A stretch of DNA of 64,000 nt from assembly GCA_963662665.2 (NCBI GenBank), contig CAXXJS010000050.1, forward strand, positions 77,757 through 141,756, written 5' to 3'. Positions 60,298 through 64,000 of this stretch are shown here, piece after piece. Position 1 is the stretch's first letter; every line of letters starts with the position of its first letter. The notes beneath the pieces were generated by a model, which was not told the origin of the DNA, did not search any database, and saw only the letters and a list, made by a program, of their open reading frames with translations. Position numbers and translations under genes: made by a program. Source of the DNA: Candidatus Latescibacterota bacterium (lineage in GTDB: Bacteria; Latescibacterota; UBA2968; GCA-2709665).

Positions 60298-61317
60298 TCA
60301 AAGTTTGAATCCGATGTCCCGCAGGGAGACCTGTTTTCCTGTATTGTGGGCTTGGTCCGCTGCGGTGGAAATTGCGACGCTTTCCAGGATTTCGGGGTAG
60401 GGGACCGGGGGTTGGCGGGTTTCAACCAGCTCTTTGATAAGCTTGATGTTTTCGTGAGCGCCGTAGGGAAAGACGTAGTCTCCAAGGGGCGCTGAATGTA
60501 TATCGCCCATGTTTCCATACGCGCTGGCGTAGAACGCGCAGTGATAGGTTTCTCCCGTGTCGCAACACAGCATGGCGCCGCATCGCGGAAAACCGGGTTC
60601 GTCCGGATAAACGAGGTGCATGAAGCCGCCGGTGTTTTCCCCCATGGATTCCACGGCGCGCACGCCCGGTCCGAAGAAGTTCTGCGCCAGGCAGATGGCG
60701 TGGATCTGACCCGCCAGTGAGGGGCCTCCCCCACGGATGGAGACGAATTCCAGGTTTCCGACTTCCGGAAAGCGGGCGGCGAATTGCCTGGCCTGCGGGA
60801 GCGTATTGAGGATGGACCGCGATAGCAACGGTGCATTGTTTTCCTGCGCCAGGCTGACAATGGCGTTCGCGTTTTCCAGGCTGTTCGCGAGCGGTTTGTC
60901 GATGAACGTGGGTACGCCTTTCTCGAGGCCCGGCGTGGCCAGTTCGAGATGGTCGGAGCCGTCGTAATTGCAGTCGGCAACCAGAACAACGTCCACGTCG
61001 TCCGAGACTTCATGAAAATGGTCGCATACCCGCGGCCTGGACGTGAAGACTTGCGCGAAAATGTCTCCGACGCCCGGGTGTTCGTCCCAGACGCGTGCGA
61101 TTTCGAATTCGTGCAGGCAGGGAACGGTCATACGGGCGGGGTCGCTGTAGAACGTATAGAAATAGAAGTGGGCGCCGCCGCTCATCCACGTGTACGGGGC
61201 GCCGGCGCTGTCTGCCATGGGTTTCTGCAGTCGCAAGGGGTCGTGCTCGGCCATCAGAGCGCCGTAATACATACCGTGCATGTCGCAGCGGATCAGACCG
61301 ACTCGGATTTTCTTCAT
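60298..61317 (-). CDS. Gfo/Idh/MocA-like oxidoreductase
   Basis: VDVVLVADC...HLELA...PTFIDKPLA. The N-terminal Rossmann Gly motif is degenerate. Confidence 0.75.
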   Translation of the reverse strand: MKKIRVGLIRCDMHGMYYGALMAEHDPLRLQKPMADSAGAPYTWMSGGAHFYFYTFYSDPARMTVPCLHEFEIARVWDEHPGVGDIFAQVFTSRPRVCDHFHEVSDDVDVVLVADCNYDGSDHLELATPGLEKGVPTFIDKPLANSLENANAIVSLAQENNAPLLSRSILNTLPQARQFAARFPEVGNLEFVSIRGGGPSLAGQIHAICLAQNFFGPGVRAVESMGENTGGFMHLVYPDEPGFPRCGAMLCCDTGETYHCAFYASAYGNMGDIHSAPLGDYVFPYGAHENIKLIKELVETRQPPVPYPEILESVAISTAADQAHNTGKQVSLRDIGFKL

Positions 61318-61434
61318 GGTATGTCTCCTCAATTCAACCGCACGAACAGGCTCGACTAATGAATACAGGCTTTTTCCCGCGGATGCAGGCGCGAAAAGTA
61401 TGAAAAAAAATCCACGAAGACAAGGAGATTCTGC

Positions 61435-61463
61435 TTGAATACTGAACAAATGTTCAGTATATT
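61435..61463 (+). promoter_or_regulatory. sigma70 promoter with a palindromic LexA-like operator covering the spacer
   Basis: TTGAAT-ACTGAACAAATGTTCAG-TATATT, containing the palindrome TACTGAACA-AA-TGTTCAGTA. Confidence 0.7.
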
Positions 61464-61549
61464 GGATGTACTGAAGAACAATACAAATTTCTATGGTGTG
61501 TCATTCATTCGCAACCGGTCGGGTTACTTCAGTTCACGGAGGAAAAAAT

Positions 61550-62404
61550 ATGTTCGCCGAAACGTCACCATGTCGTCTCGCGTCTGAAGAGAGGTCCCTG
61601 CAACACTACTACAACGATGTGGATCGCCACCCGCGCATAAATTCGGCCGAAGAACGGGTTCTCGCCGCCAGAATTGAAGCTGGGGATGAAGCGGCGCTGG
61701 AGGCGCTTGTAAATGCCAACCTTCGATTTGTCATTCACATTGCCAGGGGGTTCCGGAATCGGGGTCTGTCGATGGGGGATCTCATCAACGAGGGCAATTA
61801 CGGGTTGTTCGTTGCGGCTCGGAAATTCGATTTGCGCAAGGGCTGCAGGTTCATCACCTATGCGGTCTGGTGGATCCGGCAGCACATTCTCAAGGCGCTG
61901 GACGTTCAAACCCGTACGGTCCGCCTGCCCGCCAGTGTCCTGAACGATTTCGGCCGCATGCGAAAAACTGAAGATCGTCTGATGCAGCACCTGGAAGGGA
62001 TCCCGGCGCGGGAGGAAACCGCTGCAGCGTCCGGCCTGCCGTTGAAGAGGCTGAACCGCTGCCTGGATGCGGCTGAAAACGCCGTTTCACTCGACAATAT
62101 AGATGATGGGGGCAGCCTGAGTCTCGCAGAGACACTGCCGGACCGGCGCGTCCCACCGGCAGACGAAATATTAAACGAGCGGTGCAGATTCCGCGCCGTA
62201 GAGGAATCGCTGGATGGTCTTTCCGAACGACACCGGAACGTCCTTACGCTCTATTTCGGGATGCGCGGAGAGGAACCCGCCACGTACCAGGAGATCGGCC
62301 GCCGGCTGGGAATCAGCCGGGAGCGGGTGAGGCAGCTGAAAGAGGATGCATTCGGAAAATTGAGACAGCCTTCGGTACGGAAACGTCTGAAGGCGTATTT
62401 ATGA
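61550..62404 (+). CDS. RNA polymerase sigma-70 factor, short RpoD/RpoS-like
   Basis: NANLRFVIHIA, DLINEGN, FITYAVWWIRQ and EIGRRLGISRERVRQ. No region 1.1. Confidence 0.92.
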   Translation: MFAETSPCRLASEERSLQHYYNDVDRHPRINSAEERVLAARIEAGDEAALEALVNANLRFVIHIARGFRNRGLSMGDLINEGNYGLFVAARKFDLRKGCRFITYAVWWIRQHILKALDVQTRTVRLPASVLNDFGRMRKTEDRLMQHLEGIPAREETAAASGLPLKRLNRCLDAAENAVSLDNIDDGGSLSLAETLPDRRVPPADEILNERCRFRAVEESLDGLSERHRNVLTLYFGMRGEEPATYQEIGRRLGISRERVRQLKEDAFGKLRQPSVRKRLKAYL

Positions 62405-62682
62405 CACGGTATTCAGGGCGGCCTCGCAGCATGAACAGCGGATTCGATTTCCAAAAATTCGGGTCACCTGCCTGACCGGCAGACCTGTTGCGGCCTTTTT
62501 TATGTGAAAAACCCCGGGGCAGGACCCACCAGCGTCAAGCGTCAACGCGGGAGTTCCATCCCCGAATCCAGGAATCTGTTTGAGGGATGGAACACCGGTT
62601 TCCGGAGGTTTGCCCTTGACGAATCCCGCGAAATGCTTCAACTTATATCCGTTCGCGCCGTTTAACCCATCTCAAAGGCCGT

Positions 62683-63474
62683 TTGCCCGTGCTGGTCATC
62701 GTTTACGCAGTTCTTGGCGCCCTGGCGTTGATTTGGGGCGGAATACTTGCGCTGATTTACTGGGTGAAACTCCTGTCGCAGAAACATCTGCTGGGGTTTG
62801 GCGTTTATGTCAGTGTCGTCTCGGGTCTGGCGATTTTCCTCGTGATTCAAACGGCGCTCCAGCAGCAGGACGTCGCAATGAAAGACACCCGCGAGCGCCT
62901 GGCCAGGACGGTCGATACGTTCCGTGAGAAGCTGGACGAGCAGGGCGCGAAACTTCTGGATCGAACCATTGAAAAGGTGGACCTGACGAAATCGGAATGG
63001 GAAGTGAGGGCCGACCTGCAGGAGGAGCAGTCGCGCCATGCCAGCACAAAGGCCGACCTGGAAGACACGCGAATCCGGCTGCGGCAGACGATGACGGCGT
63101 TGACAAGGGAAACGGTGTCCCGCGGCGCCTATTCAGACAGTTTGAATACGGAACGCGCGCTGAAGCGGGACTCGCAGACCCGCCTGGCAAGCGAAGAGGC
63201 GCGCCACAAGACCACGCTCAAGAGTCTCTCGCGGGCGCGAGAAAGCCTCGCGGCCGCAAAGGTTCGCGCAGATCGGCAAGAAAACGAACTGGCCCTGCTG
63301 CGCTCGTCCCTGCAACGCGCACAACAGCGGGTTCAGGAGGCATTGAGGAACGCGTCCACGGCACAAAACCAACTCATCAACACGATGGCAAGGCAGGTCA
63401 AGGCGGCCAGCACCCTTCAGGCCGCCGTGGACTCCATCTACGGCAAGGTGATGAAACGACCGCGTAATCCCTAA
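62683..63474 (+). CDS. membrane-anchored coiled-coil hypothetical protein
   Basis: Two N-terminal TM segments followed by a long heptad-rich region. Confidence 0.7.
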   Translation: MPVLVIVYAVLGALALIWGGILALIYWVKLLSQKHLLGFGVYVSVVSGLAIFLVIQTALQQQDVAMKDTRERLARTVDTFREKLDEQGAKLLDRTIEKVDLTKSEWEVRADLQEEQSRHASTKADLEDTRIRLRQTMTALTRETVSRGAYSDSLNTERALKRDSQTRLASEEARHKTTLKSLSRARESLAAAKVRADRQENELALLRSSLQRAQQRVQEALRNASTAQNQLINTMARQVKAASTLQAAVDSIYGKVMKRPRNP

Positions 63475-63575
63475 CCCGCAACGTGGCTGAAGGTTTCGTC
63501 GCTCCGGCCGTTTCTGATTCCACGCACCCTACCGCGGTTCACCCGGCGTGAATCCGCGCACTTTGGAGGCTGCTC

Positions 63576-64000
63576 GTGAACAGAGAACCCGATTCATCCG
63601 GTGATAAGAAGCGGATCATCATTGTCGTTGGCTTTCTGGCCGCGTTGCTTGTCGTTCTCTTGCTGACGATCTGGAAGCCCGAGACCGTTCCGGAAGTCGA
63701 TCCGCAGGTCGTGCAATTGGAAAGCGATATTGCGCTATATACGGGCCAGATCGATTCGTTGAACGCGCTGGTGGATGAAATGGATTCCCGTATCAATGCG
63801 ATGCGCGCCCACGTCGACAGCGCAAAGGTATCCAACCGGAAACTCCTGACGTCTCTGCACCGGGTCACGAGCGAAATGAGGGAGTACCAGGCACTTTACA
63901 GGAAACAGAAGGCAATGAACGAAAAGCTGGTTGCACAGCTCGTACAGTTGAAGGGTGAGAAGGACGTGGCAACCTCGGCGGTCCGGGAGTTGAAGGTGGA
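63576..64000 (+). CDS. membrane-anchored coiled-coil hypothetical protein, cut by the window edge
   Basis: RBS GGAGG and GTG at 63576. Reads ...KKRIIIVVGFLAALLVVLLLTIW then coiled coil, open to the end of the window. Confidence 0.7.
   Translation, partial: MNREPDSSGDKKRIIIVVGFLAALLVVLLLTIWKPETVPEVDPQVVQLESDIALYTGQIDSLNALVDEMDSRINAMRAHVDSAKVSNRKLLTSLHRVTSEMREYQALYRKQKAMNEKLVAQLVQLKGEKDVATSAVRELKV

Overview
A 64-kb, GC-rich window from a diderm bacterium. LptE, the futalosine menaquinone genes, a DUF6785-type membrane protein and a dockerin/EF-hand-tagged secreted protein suggest a Latescibacterota-like or other FCB-related lineage; this placement is inference. Most of the window is housekeeping or metabolic: cysK, form II coxSLM-G, pheST, tRNA-Leu(CAG), mqnE/C/A, recN, nadK, xseAB, ymdB, rny, zapA, rplT-rpmI-infC-thrS, queE, hisN and a sigma-70 factor. 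The strongest candidate for an undescribed system is a ~6.6-kb foreign-looking island that splits the mqnE-mqnC operon. It carries three co-oriented genes: a PD-(D/E)xK-like + DGQHR/DndB-like + HEPN protein, a radical SAM enzyme and a GHKL ATPase, behind a decayed R-M relic. I read it as a possible DNA-modification or anti-phage module. Other signals: a hidden CxxU AhpD-like selenoprotein with a SECIS-like hairpin; an archaeal-type PheRS under a Phe T-box, with the usual bacterial pheST slot empty; a two-copy ~197-bp MITE; a repeat-bracketed toxin-antitoxin zone; a cytochrome c-like/copper monooxygenase fusion; two structured ncRNA candidates; an attenuator-like thrS leader; and a LexA-like operator on the sigma gene. 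All calls were made by eye, with no database searches.
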